Part shown: piece after piece, positions 25,403 to 33,994 of the stretch | How the letters are laid out: every line of letters begins with the position of its first letter | How positions within the stretch are numbered: the first letter of the stretch is position 1 | Virus record (IMG/VR): IMGVR_UViG_3300037419_001349 | Span: 1 to 34,236 of that record | DNA length: 34,236 bases | Origin: a virus | Taxonomy: Duplodnaviria > Caudoviricetes | Strand: one strand, 5' to 3' | The notes under the pieces: generated by a model | What the model was told of the DNA's origin: nothing | The model's input: only the letters and a program-made list of their open reading frames with translations | The model's database searches: none | Program-made: the position numbers and the translations under genes

Positions 25403-25972
25403 TCAGGCGGAAGCCATGTCGCCGGGATTGGTCAGGATCTCGCCGCCGCGAACCATCATGCTTGGCGTCCGGCCGAGCTTGCAGAAGGCATCTGCTCGTG
25501 CCTGACCCCAGCCAGCCTTCGGCAGGTTGTCGGGATCCAAGCGGCCGGCGCCTGCGAATTCCTCAACAGCGCGGCTCTGGTCCCAGAAATCACCATGCTC
25601 GGCGAGGTAGGCGGCGAGTTCGTCCAGCGTCGCGAACGGCGGTGAAACTGGGCTGCCTTCGCTAACCGTCTGGAAAAGCTGAAACCACGTCGCCTCATCG
25701 TCGCTGTAGGGGCGATGGGTCAGAGGCGTCGGACTCGGCCCTTCATCCTCTTCAAACGTGTAGGTCGGGTCGTCTTCCGCGCAGGACGGCCGCTCGCCGG
25801 CATCCCACTTCGCCTTGGCCGCCTCCCACTTTGCGAGCGCAGCCGGGAAGTGCTCGTCCTCCATCGGGACATACTCAAGCTCCAACCGATAGCCGACCCG
25901 TGGCCCCCAACGGAGGACCATGTGCGTCGGATGCGACCAGTTCGGCGGTACGCGGCGGATCTCACGGCCCAT
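25403..25972 (-). CDS. Conserved-looking hypothetical phage protein
   Basis: GGAGG RBS, MGREIRRVPPNWSHP...WFQLFQTVSEGSPVSPPFAT..ELA.YL. Confidence 0.75.
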   Translation of the reverse strand: MGREIRRVPPNWSHPTHMVLRWGPRVGYRLELEYVPMEDEHFPAALAKWEAAKAKWDAGERPSCAEDDPTYTFEEDEGPSPTPLTHRPYSDDEATWFQLFQTVSEGSPVSPPFATLDELAAYLAEHGDFWDQSRAVEEFAGAGRLDPDNLPKAGWGQARADAFCKLGRTPSMMVRGGEILTNPGDMASA

Positions 25973-25983
25973 CAATGCCTCCA

Positions 25984-26046
25984 AAGCGATATCCGATTGC
26001 AGCCTAATCCGATACCGGATAGAGTGCAACAAGCGATATCGGATTA
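25984..26046. promoter_or_regulatory. Divergent promoter region with three operator-like boxes (consensus AATCCGATATCGG)
   Basis: AAGCGATATCCGATT 25984-25998, AATCCGATACCGGAT 26006-26020, AAGCGATATCGGATT 26031-26045. Confidence 0.65.
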
Positions 26047-26055
26047 GAGCTTCAA

Positions 26056-26277
26056 ATGGCGAACGCTGAAGGCGCAAACACGCTCGGAGATGCCTTGCCT
26101 CGCGAGATGGCGAGAGTGCGAGACGAGGTTCTGCCCGAGTATGATGCGATCCCGGCCGGCATCTTCGCGGCGACCATGATGCGCCAGTCATTGGATGCAG
26201 CGGCCCGCGCCATGGTCGAGGGCGACACCGTCGCGATGATCCAGTGCTATGAGGATTTGAAGGGCTATCACCTGTGA
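26056..26277 (+). CDS. Hypothetical phage protein
   Basis: TLGDALPREMARVRDEVLPEY..IPAG.FAA...GD.VAMI..YEDLKGY; protein-like, divergent from the early operon. Confidence 0.75.
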   Translation: MANAEGANTLGDALPREMARVRDEVLPEYDAIPAGIFAATMMRQSLDAAARAMVEGDTVAMIQCYEDLKGYHL

Positions 26278-26327
26278 GCGTGACGACTCAGGTGCAAGCC
26301 AATCCGATATCGGCTACGGCTCGGCGC

Positions 26328-26510
26328 ATGCCGAAGGAGAAGCTGCCCGAAGTGATGCCCGTCCGCTTTCGCGAGGGCACCTTCGCCAAGATCGATGAGG
26401 TGGCCGGCGAGAACCGCCGTGCCGGCTTCATCCGCGAAGCCGTGGAAGCGAAGCTCAAGGCATCATCTCGTACTTCTCGGCAGCTTTCTCCCAAGCCCAA
26501 GCCGGACTGA
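26328..26510 (+). CDS. Ribbon-helix-helix (CopG/Arc-like) regulator
   Basis: VMPVRFREGTFAKIDEVAG.NRRAGFIREAVEAKL is a beta-alpha-alpha pattern. Alternative start GTG 26274. Operator box at 26301-26315. Confidence 0.75.
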   Translation: MPKEKLPEVMPVRFREGTFAKIDEVAGENRRAGFIREAVEAKLKASSRTSRQLSPKPKPD

Positions 26511-26555
26511 TCTCTGGTAGGCTCTGCCCCCTCGCAAACCGAAAGACGGCTCCCG

Positions 26556-26765
26556 ATGGACGATGACGAGTACGACCGGGTCGTTGACCCCGATGGGCCT
26601 CCCCCGTGGATCCACCTCCTGCCGGAGCAAGGCCGCGCGTGGCGAGCCAATGAGATCCTGAGAGGTCGGAACCCAGATCCGTTCCTTGAGGGGCAGCTTC
26701 GGGAGTCTGGTGAGTGGCCGCCGGGTGCGAAGAAGCCGCGCAAGGCCACCCCCAAGCCCGACTAA
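26556..26765 (+). CDS. Hypothetical protein
   Basis: 69 aa, ends PKPD like the preceding gene. Confidence 0.45.
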   Translation: MDDDEYDRVVDPDGPPPWIHLLPEQGRAWRANEILRGRNPDPFLEGQLRESGEWPPGAKKPRKATPKPD

Positions 26766-26841
26766 TCGCCTGAGAGGCGGGGAGGGGCCTTGATGCATGG
26801 CTCGGCGGCAGGTACTCAAAAGGCGGTTTCTGTCGCCCGGC

Positions 26842-27294
26842 CTAAGCCTTGCGGGCCGCGCCGCGCGTTAGGAACCGTGTTCGACCCGCCGCTAGGCCAA
26901 GCGCGTCCTGGCGATTGAGGTCGGGTCGCCCAGCGTACAGCTTCGTCAGGTGATCTGAGCCAAGCCGCTCCTGCCAGAATGCGTTGACGGCCTCACGCGC
27001 CTCGTAGGCGTAGAGGGGGCTGTCGGTGAGCAATTCGGCTACCTCGGCTGCCAGCCCCTCAAACCGGAACCATTCATTGCGGTGATGCAGCCCGGCGCGG
27101 CGCAGCTCGAAATGGACAGCCTTCTCTGATGTTTCATCGCCGATCATCACGCCGATGAGCGTGACGGGCCATGGCGAGGCGGTGTTAAGGATCGCGACCC
27201 GTGCCGGCGGCGTCTGAGTGAACCCGACCTTCACGAAGCCCTCGCAGCGCGCGAAGTAGACGAGATCGGCGCGCAGGTAGGTTGGCCTCGGCAT
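26842..27294 (-). CDS. T5orf172/MUG113-like GIY-YIG domain protein
   Basis: VYFARCEGFVKVGFT...RV..LNTASP...E..VH...NEWF. Confidence 0.8.
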   Translation of the reverse strand: MPRPTYLRADLVYFARCEGFVKVGFTQTPPARVAILNTASPWPVTLIGVMIGDETSEKAVHFELRRAGLHHRNEWFRFEGLAAEVAELLTDSPLYAYEAREAVNAFWQERLGSDHLTKLYAGRPDLNRQDALGLAAGRTRFLTRGAARKA

Positions 27295-27423
27295 CTCAGT
27301 TTGCCCCTTCAAAACTGGCCCAACCAACGGTTCACCAATGATTGGCCGGAACCGAACGTGAACCGGACGCAGCGAAACCCCTCTGTCGTGACGAATTTCG
27401 ATGCGATTTGCGGACGAGCGTTG

Positions 27424-27470
27424 CGCTCATAACGGTCTGGTTGCAGGTTCGAGTCCTGCCGGGCCCACCA
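27424..27470 (+). other. attP core: 3' half of tRNA-Ile2/Met (anticodon CAT) ending CCA
   Basis: CGCTCATAACGGTCTGGTTGCAGGTTCGAGTCCTGCCGGGCCCACCA contains the anticodon loop CTCATAA, T-arm GCAGG-TTCGAGT-CCTGC and CCA. No 5' half upstream. 30 bp from the integrase stop. Confidence 0.9.
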
Positions 27471-27500
27471 TTCCCATCAATGGGTTAAGGTGGGAAGCTA

Positions 27501-28706
27501 TCACAGGGCCGGTCGCCTCTCCAACGATTTGACCAAAGAAACGGGTTTTTGACCCCGATTTTTAAAGGCGTTGGCGGCCTCGTTCTGGTGATCTGGGTGG
27601 TGGTGGCCGTACACCTCGATCAGGATCTTCGGGGTCATCCCGAGGAAGCCAGACGCCTCCCAAATGCCGACACCGCGCTGCATGAGCCACGTTGCCGCCG
27701 TGTGCCGTAGGACGTGAGGCGAAGCCGCCTCCTCCAGGCCCGCACGCGCGACGGCGGAAGCAAACGCTGTCTTGACTGACGCGACAGGCTTGCCCTGCCA
27801 CTCAACCACGTATTCAGGGAGTGTCCCGTCCCGCCGAGGCATGTGCGCCCACCGCCGCAGGTGCGCGACGAGATGCGGCGGGAGTTTGACGGTCGGCTGA
27901 CGCTTGTTCGTCTTCCGCTTGCCCGCAGCGAGTCGGTAGAAGACGCCGTGCTCTAGATCGATGTACGAGCGCCCTTTGCCTCGCTGCCAGGAGGCCGATG
28001 CTATAGCTCCGGCACGGGTGCCGGTGTAGAGCCCAATCAGGATGAAGCGCGCTAGGTGCTGAAGGGGTCGCTTCTGTGTCTGAACCAGCGCTCCCTTCTG
28101 CGGGCCGCGATGCACCGTCTGCGTCTCCCGATAGCGCCAGCATGTCCATAAAAGCCTTGCCGCTTCCGTGCGGGTAAGCCACCGAGCCCGACTTTCGCCT
28201 TTCTGCGGTAACTTCACCTTGATCGTCCCGCGATGCAGCCCCTCCGTCTGGTGGTGGCCGATAGCCGCGCGCAGATCCTCTAGATCACGTCGCGCCCCTC
28301 CGGTCCTGCCCCGGCTGACGACGTAAGCTCGACACCTGTCGCCATTGATATCTGCCAGCGTCATGCCGCCGAAGAACTCGTTCAGTCGACCGATCCGACC
28401 GCGAAGCCGCCGCAGGCCGACAGGATCATCCTCCTCCAAACGAGGCGTCTTATCGGTCAGGTAGATGTCCAGCACGTCGGCCACGCTGATCTGCTCTATG
28501 TCGCGGACCTTGCGGGGCGGCCGGTGCTTCTCGATGTTGTGTTCGGCGAGCCTTTGCTCGGCAAGCGCAATTTCGCCCTCAGAACATCCTGTGGGGAAAT
28601 GCTTCCCTCCGTCGAGAATGAGCCACGTCGCGCGTGAGACGAGTTTGCCCCCCCTTCGCCGCTCAGGCCTGAGCCAGAGGCGTGCAGGTTTGCGTGGACG
28701 CGGCAT
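27501..28706 (-). CDS. int: Tyrosine integrase
   Basis: [29 protein letters not shown]...VYGHH; adjacent to attP. Confidence 0.95.
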   Translation of the reverse strand: MPRPRKPARLWLRPERRRGGKLVSRATWLILDGGKHFPTGCSEGEIALAEQRLAEHNIEKHRPPRKVRDIEQISVADVLDIYLTDKTPRLEEDDPVGLRRLRGRIGRLNEFFGGMTLADINGDRCRAYVVSRGRTGGARRDLEDLRAAIGHHQTEGLHRGTIKVKLPQKGESRARWLTRTEAARLLWTCWRYRETQTVHRGPQKGALVQTQKRPLQHLARFILIGLYTGTRAGAIASASWQRGKGRSYIDLEHGVFYRLAAGKRKTNKRQPTVKLPPHLVAHLRRWAHMPRRDGTLPEYVVEWQGKPVASVKTAFASAVARAGLEEAASPHVLRHTAATWLMQRGVGIWEASGFLGMTPKILIEVYGHHHPDHQNEAANAFKNRGQKPVSLVKSLERRPAL

Positions 28707-28915
28707 TGCCCCCTCATCTTCGCTATAGCGGCTAACGTGGTGTAATCTCTGCCGGCGATGCGCTCTATGACAAGGCGCCCGCGAGAGGCTTCCTTTCGGA
28801 GCCCGCTGACAGTCATGCCTCCTCCTGGGAAGGCTAGGGCCGCGGCGACATCAAGCCGAAGCGGCGTGTCCTCAGTGACCTGATCCCGCTCTGGGAGACG
28901 GATGGACCTAGGCAT
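28496..28915 (-). CDS. xis: Excisionase-like HTH protein
   Basis: [44 protein letters not shown]; immediately upstream of and overlapping int. Confidence 0.7.
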   Translation of the reverse strand: MPRSIRLPERDQVTEDTPLRLDVAAALAFPGGGMTVSGLRKEASRGRLVIERIAGRDYTTLAAIAKMRGQCRVHANLHASGSGLSGEGGANSSHARRGSFSTEGSISPQDVLRAKLRLPSKGSPNTTSRSTGRPARSAT

Positions 28916-28917
28916 CG

Positions 28918-29145
28918 CTACTCCTCCCCGCGCAGTTGCAGGACTTGCCTGCCGCGCACGCGGTGGATTGAGACGTAGAGGCTGACCCAGTGCTCATCCG
29001 CGCCCTGGATAGCGATGTGCAGCCCTGTGTCGGACATCATCTCGGCATGGACGGAGCAGGCGCCCTCGATGACAGCCTCGTCCAGCACCGGCAGCGTGTT
29101 CGGTCGGTTGTCGGCCATGGGGTCGGGACGCAACTCAACGCGCAT
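28918..29145 (-). CDS. Hypothetical protein
   Basis: GGAGAG RBS, 75 aa, packs between neighbours. Confidence 0.55.
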   Translation of the reverse strand: MRVELRPDPMADNRPNTLPVLDEAVIEGACSVHAEMMSDTGLHIAIQGADEHWVSLYVSIHRVRGRQVLQLRGEE

Positions 29146-29569
29146 CGCTCTCTCCACGGCTAGGCGGGTTGGATCGGGCGGGGGCGGGCGGGAACGGCAT
29201 CCACGCCAGAACATCCTCCCATTCGAGATGATGCGTGCGGGTGTCCCACCACGGGTAGTTCAGATCGTGCCGCCAGCGAGCCTCGACGACGCGCGGATAG
29301 AAGCGCTCGGGCAGGAGCACGATCACTGCCGTTCCGTCCTTTGGAGCCGATGCGAGCGGTCTCCAATCGCCCTGCTGGGCTTCGTGGAGTTGGGCGGCGA
29401 AGTCCAGAAGCGATCCCATCTCCGCATGCGCCCATGTCTCGCCCCAAGTCTCGGCGGCGAACTTGCGGGCGGCCTTCGGGGCGGCGGAAACGCGCGCTTC
29501 GTAGGCTGCCGCGATGTCGTCTATCCCCTTCTCCCGGAGCCGGCGCTGGGCGAGGATATCGTCAGGCAT
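29135..29569 (-). CDS. DUF551-like domain protein
   Basis: WRPLASAPKDGT...VLAWMPFPPAP; GGAGG RBS before ATG 29569. Confidence 0.7.
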   Translation of the reverse strand: MPDDILAQRRLREKGIDDIAAAYEARVSAAPKAARKFAAETWGETWAHAEMGSLLDFAAQLHEAQQGDWRPLASAPKDGTAVIVLLPERFYPRVVEARWRHDLNYPWWDTRTHHLEWEDVLAWMPFPPAPARSNPPSRGESDAR

Positions 29570-29792
29570 GGGACGCCTCCTGCTTGTTCCGCTCATCCCA
29601 CCCTCTGCCGAGATTGCGCGCGCCTTCGAAGGTCGTCGCGCGGCCGAGGAACACGTCGCTTTTAAGCGGGAATGGCAGGTACTTGCCCCACCGGGTCGTG
29701 CGGCCGAAGGCATGCCAGACGGTGCGCCGGTAGATAATCTTGGGCGGCCAAATCGACACTTCAAGATAAGGCTCAGGTCTCAGGGTGTACAT
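29562..29792 (-). CDS. Hypothetical protein
   Basis: GAGGAG RBS, 76 aa, overlaps the next start. Confidence 0.5.
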   Translation of the reverse strand: MYTLRPEPYLEVSIWPPKIIYRRTVWHAFGRTTRWGKYLPFPLKSDVFLGRATTFEGARNLGRGWDERNKQEASHA

Positions 29793-29825
29793 CGGCCGCT
29801 CCTCTCCCGAACACGATCTTGGCCA

Positions 29826-30692
29826 TCACGCGGCTTCTCCACGCTGATCCGACTTGGACCGCCGTTGAGACAGTGTGGACGCAACGATGTTGGCTTTCGT
29901 CTCCAGAATGGCCGCGATCTCGCCGTTGCTCTTGCCGAGTTCGTGCAGGGCCAGGATGCGGCGCCACTGATCCCGTTCATCGATCAGCCCGAGCGAGCCG
30001 TACCGGGCCAGGAGGTCGATCAGCCAAGGGCCTTCAGCCCGGCGCAGATCGATCCGATGCGGGTGCCGGATGATCCATCTCGCGACTTCCGGCTGAGCAA
30101 TGACGATCCGCCCTTCCTCGCCTTCCGACCGCTCCACCAGCAGTTCGCCGCGAGCGATGCTGCCCCGTATCGAGAACTCTGACATGCCCAGGCAGGCGGC
30201 CAACATCGGGATAGACAGGTAGTCGCCGATCCCCCCGAGCCCGCGCGCATGCAGAAAGCGCTGGATGGCCTCCTTTGAGCGACGCCAGCCGCGCTTCGCC
30301 ATCAGCTTTGAGATCTGGTTCCGGCTGAGATGAAGGTGGCGCTCAACGAACTCCGCTTCGTCATCAGTGAAGGGAACGGGTCGAGCCCCGAGGCCCAGCG
30401 CCGCAGCGCGACGGCTCAAGCAATTGCGCGGGATGCCCGTGCTTTGAGCCAGGGCAGCGGGAGCACCGAAGCCCTCCTGATAGGCCCGGCGGATCTGTGC
30501 ATCGAGCAGAGGCGTCCACTCGTGATGCACGTCAGCGATGGGCCGAGCGGCACCGATGACGGCGGCCCGTTTCTTGACGGCCGACTGTGTGCGTCCAGGC
30601 AGGCGGTCACAGCACCAGCGAGAGCCCCGGTGATAGTTCGCCTTGAGCAGGGCGTCTTCCGCATCGGTCCAGGCGTTGTTCGGCGTTCTCAT
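29826..30692 (-). CDS. Multi-HTH (Myb/SANT-like repeats) DNA-binding protein
   Basis: Three WT..ED/WT.LLD/FTDDE repeats (RT..AV..RA..LG) plus a C-terminal HTH (GKSNGEIAAIL). Confidence 0.65.
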   Translation of the reverse strand: MRTPNNAWTDAEDALLKANYHRGSRWCCDRLPGRTQSAVKKRAAVIGAARPIADVHHEWTPLLDAQIRRAYQEGFGAPAALAQSTGIPRNCLSRRAAALGLGARPVPFTDDEAEFVERHLHLSRNQISKLMAKRGWRRSKEAIQRFLHARGLGGIGDYLSIPMLAACLGMSEFSIRGSIARGELLVERSEGEEGRIVIAQPEVARWIIRHPHRIDLRRAEGPWLIDLLARYGSLGLIDERDQWRRILALHELGKSNGEIAAILETKANIVASTLSQRRSKSDQRGEAA

Positions 30693-30811
30693 TTCGCCCT
30701 CCGAAGAGCGCCAGCCGCCCGAACAATCGGGCCAAACAGAACCGTAATGGTCGTGAGCACGCCGAAGCCGAGCATCGCGGCGCCGGTCAGGGCGATGTCA
30801 TGAATGCTCAT
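30689..30811 (-). CDS. 40-aa single-TM protein (below ORF-track cutoff)
   Basis: MSIHDIALTGAAMLGFGVLTTITVLFGPIVRAAGALRRAK with ATGA overlaps at both ends. Confidence 0.65.
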   Translation of the reverse strand: MSIHDIALTGAAMLGFGVLTTITVLFGPIVRAAGALRRAK

Positions 30812-31341
30812 GCCGCAACCCTCCGCGCACTGGCAGCATCAGCCTGGATCAGCGTGGGGTCGGCTCCGACGAGTTCGCAGATCCACTCCAGCACGGCGTT
30901 CTTGCTCTCGCTGAACGTCTTCCGATCCATGCTCTTGAGGTTCTGGCTGACGGCCGTCAGGTGGACGACAACGGAGCCGGAAACGGACACCTCGGCGTAG
31001 CTGTCCACTGGCCTGATGAAGGCAGCGACGCGCAGTGCCTCAGCGTGGCTGGCGCAGACGACAGAGCGCTGATCCCGGTAGCCGCAGCGGATCAGAGCCC
31101 GCTTCCGCAGGTGCTCCGGCGATGGGAACTCTGCCGACAGATGCTCCGGCAGGCTGTGCCAAAGCTCGTTGATGCTGGCGAAGTAGTGGCGATGCGATAC
31201 GCTACTGCGCTCCATTCGCTCCTCCAGCACGTACTGCTGACCGACCACGAACTGCCGGTCGCATTGCTGACGGAAGCGCGGCGACGGCCGCATGGCCTCA
31301 CCATCCCAGGTAAAGCCGACAGGGGCGCTGGCTTCAGTCAT
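30808..31341 (-). CDS. NinB/DUF1367-like recombination-associated protein
   Basis: ERSSVSHRHYFA...EHLRKRALI..GY...S....MD...F...K..VL; next to the SSAP. Confidence 0.55.
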   Translation of the reverse strand: MTEASAPVGFTWDGEAMRPSPRFRQQCDRQFVVGQQYVLEERMERSSVSHRHYFASINELWHSLPEHLSAEFPSPEHLRKRALIRCGYRDQRSVVCASHAEALRVAAFIRPVDSYAEVSVSGSVVVHLTAVSQNLKSMDRKTFSESKNAVLEWICELVGADPTLIQADAASARRVAA

Positions 31342-32000
31342 GCCGCTGCCCTCACGTTGGAGGCCAATTCCTCGGCCCGGCGCTTCACACGCGCAGAGAG
31401 CGCGCCGCCTTCATCGGGCGTGAGCTGGTAGCGAGCGAAGTCGTCCTTGCGCTGCTTGCCGTTCCACCACTCCACGAGAGCGGTGCGGCTCTGCTCAGCA
31501 TCGATGGCGCGCTCGCAGTCGAGGATGAAGCGGGCGCGGCTCTCATCCTCGGGCGATGGTCCATCAACGACGTTCGCCTGATCCTTGTCGTACAGGGCCA
31601 GACCGAACGGGTTGCCGAAGGTCATGAGCCCACGCTTCATCGCGTCAGTCTCCGCCTCCTTGACGGCGCTCTCGTAAGCTTGCCCGAGATCCTTATCGAT
31701 GCCGGAGCCGTAGCCAGTTCCGTCGCGAACGATGGATCGGCCGCCAGCCTGGACCGTCACCCGCACTCGGCAGATGAAGGCCACGCGCCACTTGTCGCCG
31801 GTCTGCCGGGGCTCTCCGCACTCGCGCAGCTCGATGGTCTCACGATCCCAAGCGTCGAAGCCGAAGATCCGATTAGCCTCGGCGATGGCGTGCCAACCCT
31901 CTATGTACGAGAGCGAGCGGCCGGCTTGTTGCCGAGAGCGCACGTTCTGGCGGTGGAGCGGCGCCTTCAGCGCTTCCAGTTGGGTGTCGGTGAAGCTCAT
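31338..32000 (-). CDS. Rad52/Rad22-family single-strand annealing protein (Sak-like)
   Basis: LSYIEGWHAIAEANRIFGFDAW...RDGTGYG...AVKEAETDAMKRGLMTFGNPFGLALYDK. Confidence 0.92.
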   Translation of the reverse strand: MSFTDTQLEALKAPLHRQNVRSRQQAGRSLSYIEGWHAIAEANRIFGFDAWDRETIELRECGEPRQTGDKWRVAFICRVRVTVQAGGRSIVRDGTGYGSGIDKDLGQAYESAVKEAETDAMKRGLMTFGNPFGLALYDKDQANVVDGPSPEDESRARFILDCERAIDAEQSRTALVEWWNGKQRKDDFARYQLTPDEGGALSARVKRRAEELASNVRAAA

Positions 32001-32746
32001 CGGGCGACGCGCTCCTCGTGATAGGTCACGCCCGGCACATTCCGGACGCTGGCGGCGCAAAGGCTCTCGACGGCTGTCTGGAGCATGCCGGCGAGGTGAT
32101 CCGGCCGGTTCGCAGCGAACCAGTTCAGGACGGCCCGGCGATCTGTGATCTCGGCCCGGTAGACCGTCCGCAGGGTGACGGCGCGGGCGCCGCCGCGAGC
32201 TGCGGCCTTGTCCTTGTCGGCATCCTTGGCGAGGGCTTCGGCCTGCTTTGCCTCGCCGGCCAGACGCTCGGCTTCGATGCGTCCGGCGAGATCGGTGACA
32301 GGCGCAGCCTGGAATGCTGCCCTGGCGCGCTCGGCGGCCTCGTCAGCGGCTTTGCGGGCTGCGATGGCCTCGGCTTGCTTGCGGCCTTCCTCAGCCTGCA
32401 GCCAAGGCGCCAGAGCCTTCTTGCAGCACTCCATCGCCAGGATGGCCTTGCCCTTCACCGACTTGGTGTTTCCGATCAGGGCGCCGTAGCGGGCCTGGAT
32501 CTCGGCCTTGGCCTTGTCGTGGGGCTCGGCCTCGTCCTTGCGGCGCTCATCGGCGCGCTCCTTGGCCTGCCGGAGCATGTCGAGGAGCTTGCTGACGGCA
32601 GTGGCGTCGGCTTCGGACTTCACACCGGAGCCGTCCAGCCAGTTCGACGCCTCAACGAAGAGGTCGCCGATCTCAGTCTCAGATAGCTCAAACGGCGTCG
32701 GCTCAGGGGCGCCGTTGTGGCCGATGGTGGCGAGGGCGGCAGTCAT
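31997..32746 (-). CDS. Helical Gam/Gp157-like protein accompanying the SSAP
   Basis: IGHNGAP N-terminus, long coiled coil, C-terminal VPGVTYHEERVA; ATGA-coupled to the SSAP gene. Confidence 0.5.
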   Translation of the reverse strand: MTAALATIGHNGAPEPTPFELSETEIGDLFVEASNWLDGSGVKSEADATAVSKLLDMLRQAKERADERRKDEAEPHDKAKAEIQARYGALIGNTKSVKGKAILAMECCKKALAPWLQAEEGRKQAEAIAARKAADEAAERARAAFQAAPVTDLAGRIEAERLAGEAKQAEALAKDADKDKAAARGGARAVTLRTVYRAEITDRRAVLNWFAANRPDHLAGMLQTAVESLCAASVRNVPGVTYHEERVAR

Positions 32747-32994
32747 GCGGCAGCCCTTTCCTCTTCGATGCCGAGCATCTGGCGAATGGACGCCAGAGAC
32801 GGATGCCAGTCCCATTCGGGCTTAAGAGGCGACGGCAGCCCTTCGAAGGTCAGCGTGGTGTAGGTGCGGGGCCACGGGTAGATCGCGACCCGGCCGTCAT
32901 CCTCGGTCGGGTAGATCACCGCCGCCCTTACCCCGCGATGGAGAATTTCCAAGCAGTTGCTGCCAAGAACTGGCCTTATCGAAAAATCATTCAT
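32743..32994 (-). CDS. Hypothetical protein with recoded N-terminus
   Basis: 83 aa from ATG 32994, ATGA-coupled to the HNH stop and to the downstream gene. Confidence 0.65.
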   Translation of the reverse strand: MNDFSIRPVLGSNCLEILHRGVRAAVIYPTEDDGRVAIYPWPRTYTTLTFEGLPSPLKPEWDWHPSLASIRQMLGIEEERAAA

Positions 32995-33689
32995 GATTGC
33001 ACCGGGTACTTCAGTTCGCTTCGGCAATTGGGGCGCGGCGGGATGAACCCTTTCTTCCCTTTGTAGCCGTTACATCGTCGCACTATTATGCCGTAGGAGA
33101 GCCCAAGCTTATCTGCTGCCATCCGCGCCGACTTGAAACACTCGCCACCCACGAACCAGAGCCTGCTTCGTCTGGTGTTCCTGGCCTGCTCTAGGGTGGT
33201 GGCCCAAACACAGTTGCCCGGTTCGTAATTGCCGTTCGCGTTAAGGCGCTCAACTGAATGTAAGGGCGATGGGCGTTTCCCTAGATCCGAAAAGAATGCC
33301 TCAAAATTGGTCCGCCATTCAGGGCAGATAGTAATGCCCCGGCCGCCATATTCGGCATATCGTTTATCGTTTGGGTTGGTGCAGCGGCCGATCATTTTAC
33401 GCCAAGCGTGATGCTCTGGCGTATCGGACATATTGTGCTTGACCAGCTTCTTCCACGAGACGCGCTGCCGGCACCCGCATGATTTCGCTCTACCAGAGCG
33501 AAGACTTTCTCCAAGGGTGGTGTGCCGGACCCCGCAGTCACACTCGCAGGCCCACAAAGCTTTACCTCTGTGGTCACGACCAACGCATTTGCTGACCGTG
33601 AGCATGCCGAAGCGCTGGCCGGTTATGTCTTTGAACCGATGCCCTCGCGGGTCCGAGCCCATGACAGGGCGGATTTCGAAGGCGGTCAT
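32991..33689 (-). CDS. HNH homing endonuclease (free-standing)
   Basis: DITGQRFGMLTV...WACECDCG...KSCGC; YGGRGITICPEW..FEAF..DLG.RP...SVERLNANGNYEPGNCVWAT..EQARN; lower GC. Confidence 0.9.
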   Translation of the reverse strand: MTAFEIRPVMGSDPRGHRFKDITGQRFGMLTVSKCVGRDHRGKALWACECDCGVRHTTLGESLRSGRAKSCGCRQRVSWKKLVKHNMSDTPEHHAWRKMIGRCTNPNDKRYAEYGGRGITICPEWRTNFEAFFSDLGKRPSPLHSVERLNANGNYEPGNCVWATTLEQARNTRRSRLWFVGGECFKSARMAADKLGLSYGIIVRRCNGYKGKKGFIPPRPNCRSELKYPVQS

Positions 33690-33991
33690 TGCTGCCCCCT
33701 GTGCTTCGCGAAGTCGGCAAGGCATTCGGAAGGCGTCTTCCATTTCGGCTCGATCAGACGCTCAAGCGTCAGCAGAGCTTCGCCTACGTCGCCGCGCTTC
33801 AAGTCGCTGATGGCTTCGTTGACGAGGTCAAGGTCGCAGGCTTCCAACTTGCTGCCGGCGATATGCAGGCCGCGCGCCTCCAAGACCTTGACCAGATCCT
33901 TCGTGTCGATGTCGGTAATGATCTCGTCGAGATCGATCTCCACATCCGTGTAGATGTGGGCGTAGCCGAGATGGCGATCTTTGCGTGCCAT
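33686..33991 (-). CDS. Hypothetical phage protein
   Basis: DVEIDLDEI..DIDTKDL...LEARG motif; ATGA overlap. Confidence 0.65.
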   Translation of the reverse strand: MARKDRHLGYAHIYTDVEIDLDEIITDIDTKDLVKVLEARGLHIAGSKLEACDLDLVNEAISDLKRGDVGEALLTLERLIEPKWKTPSECLADFAKHRGQQ

Positions 33992-33994
33992 TGC

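Noticed and set aside
26490-26765. Shared PKPD ending of two adjacent small genes as a recombination repeat
   Set aside because: Only about 15 bp of low-complexity similarity; insufficient support.
27395-27470. Complete phage-encoded tRNA
   Set aside because: Upstream sequence lacks the acceptor 5' strand and D-arm; only the 3' half is present, consistent with an att core.
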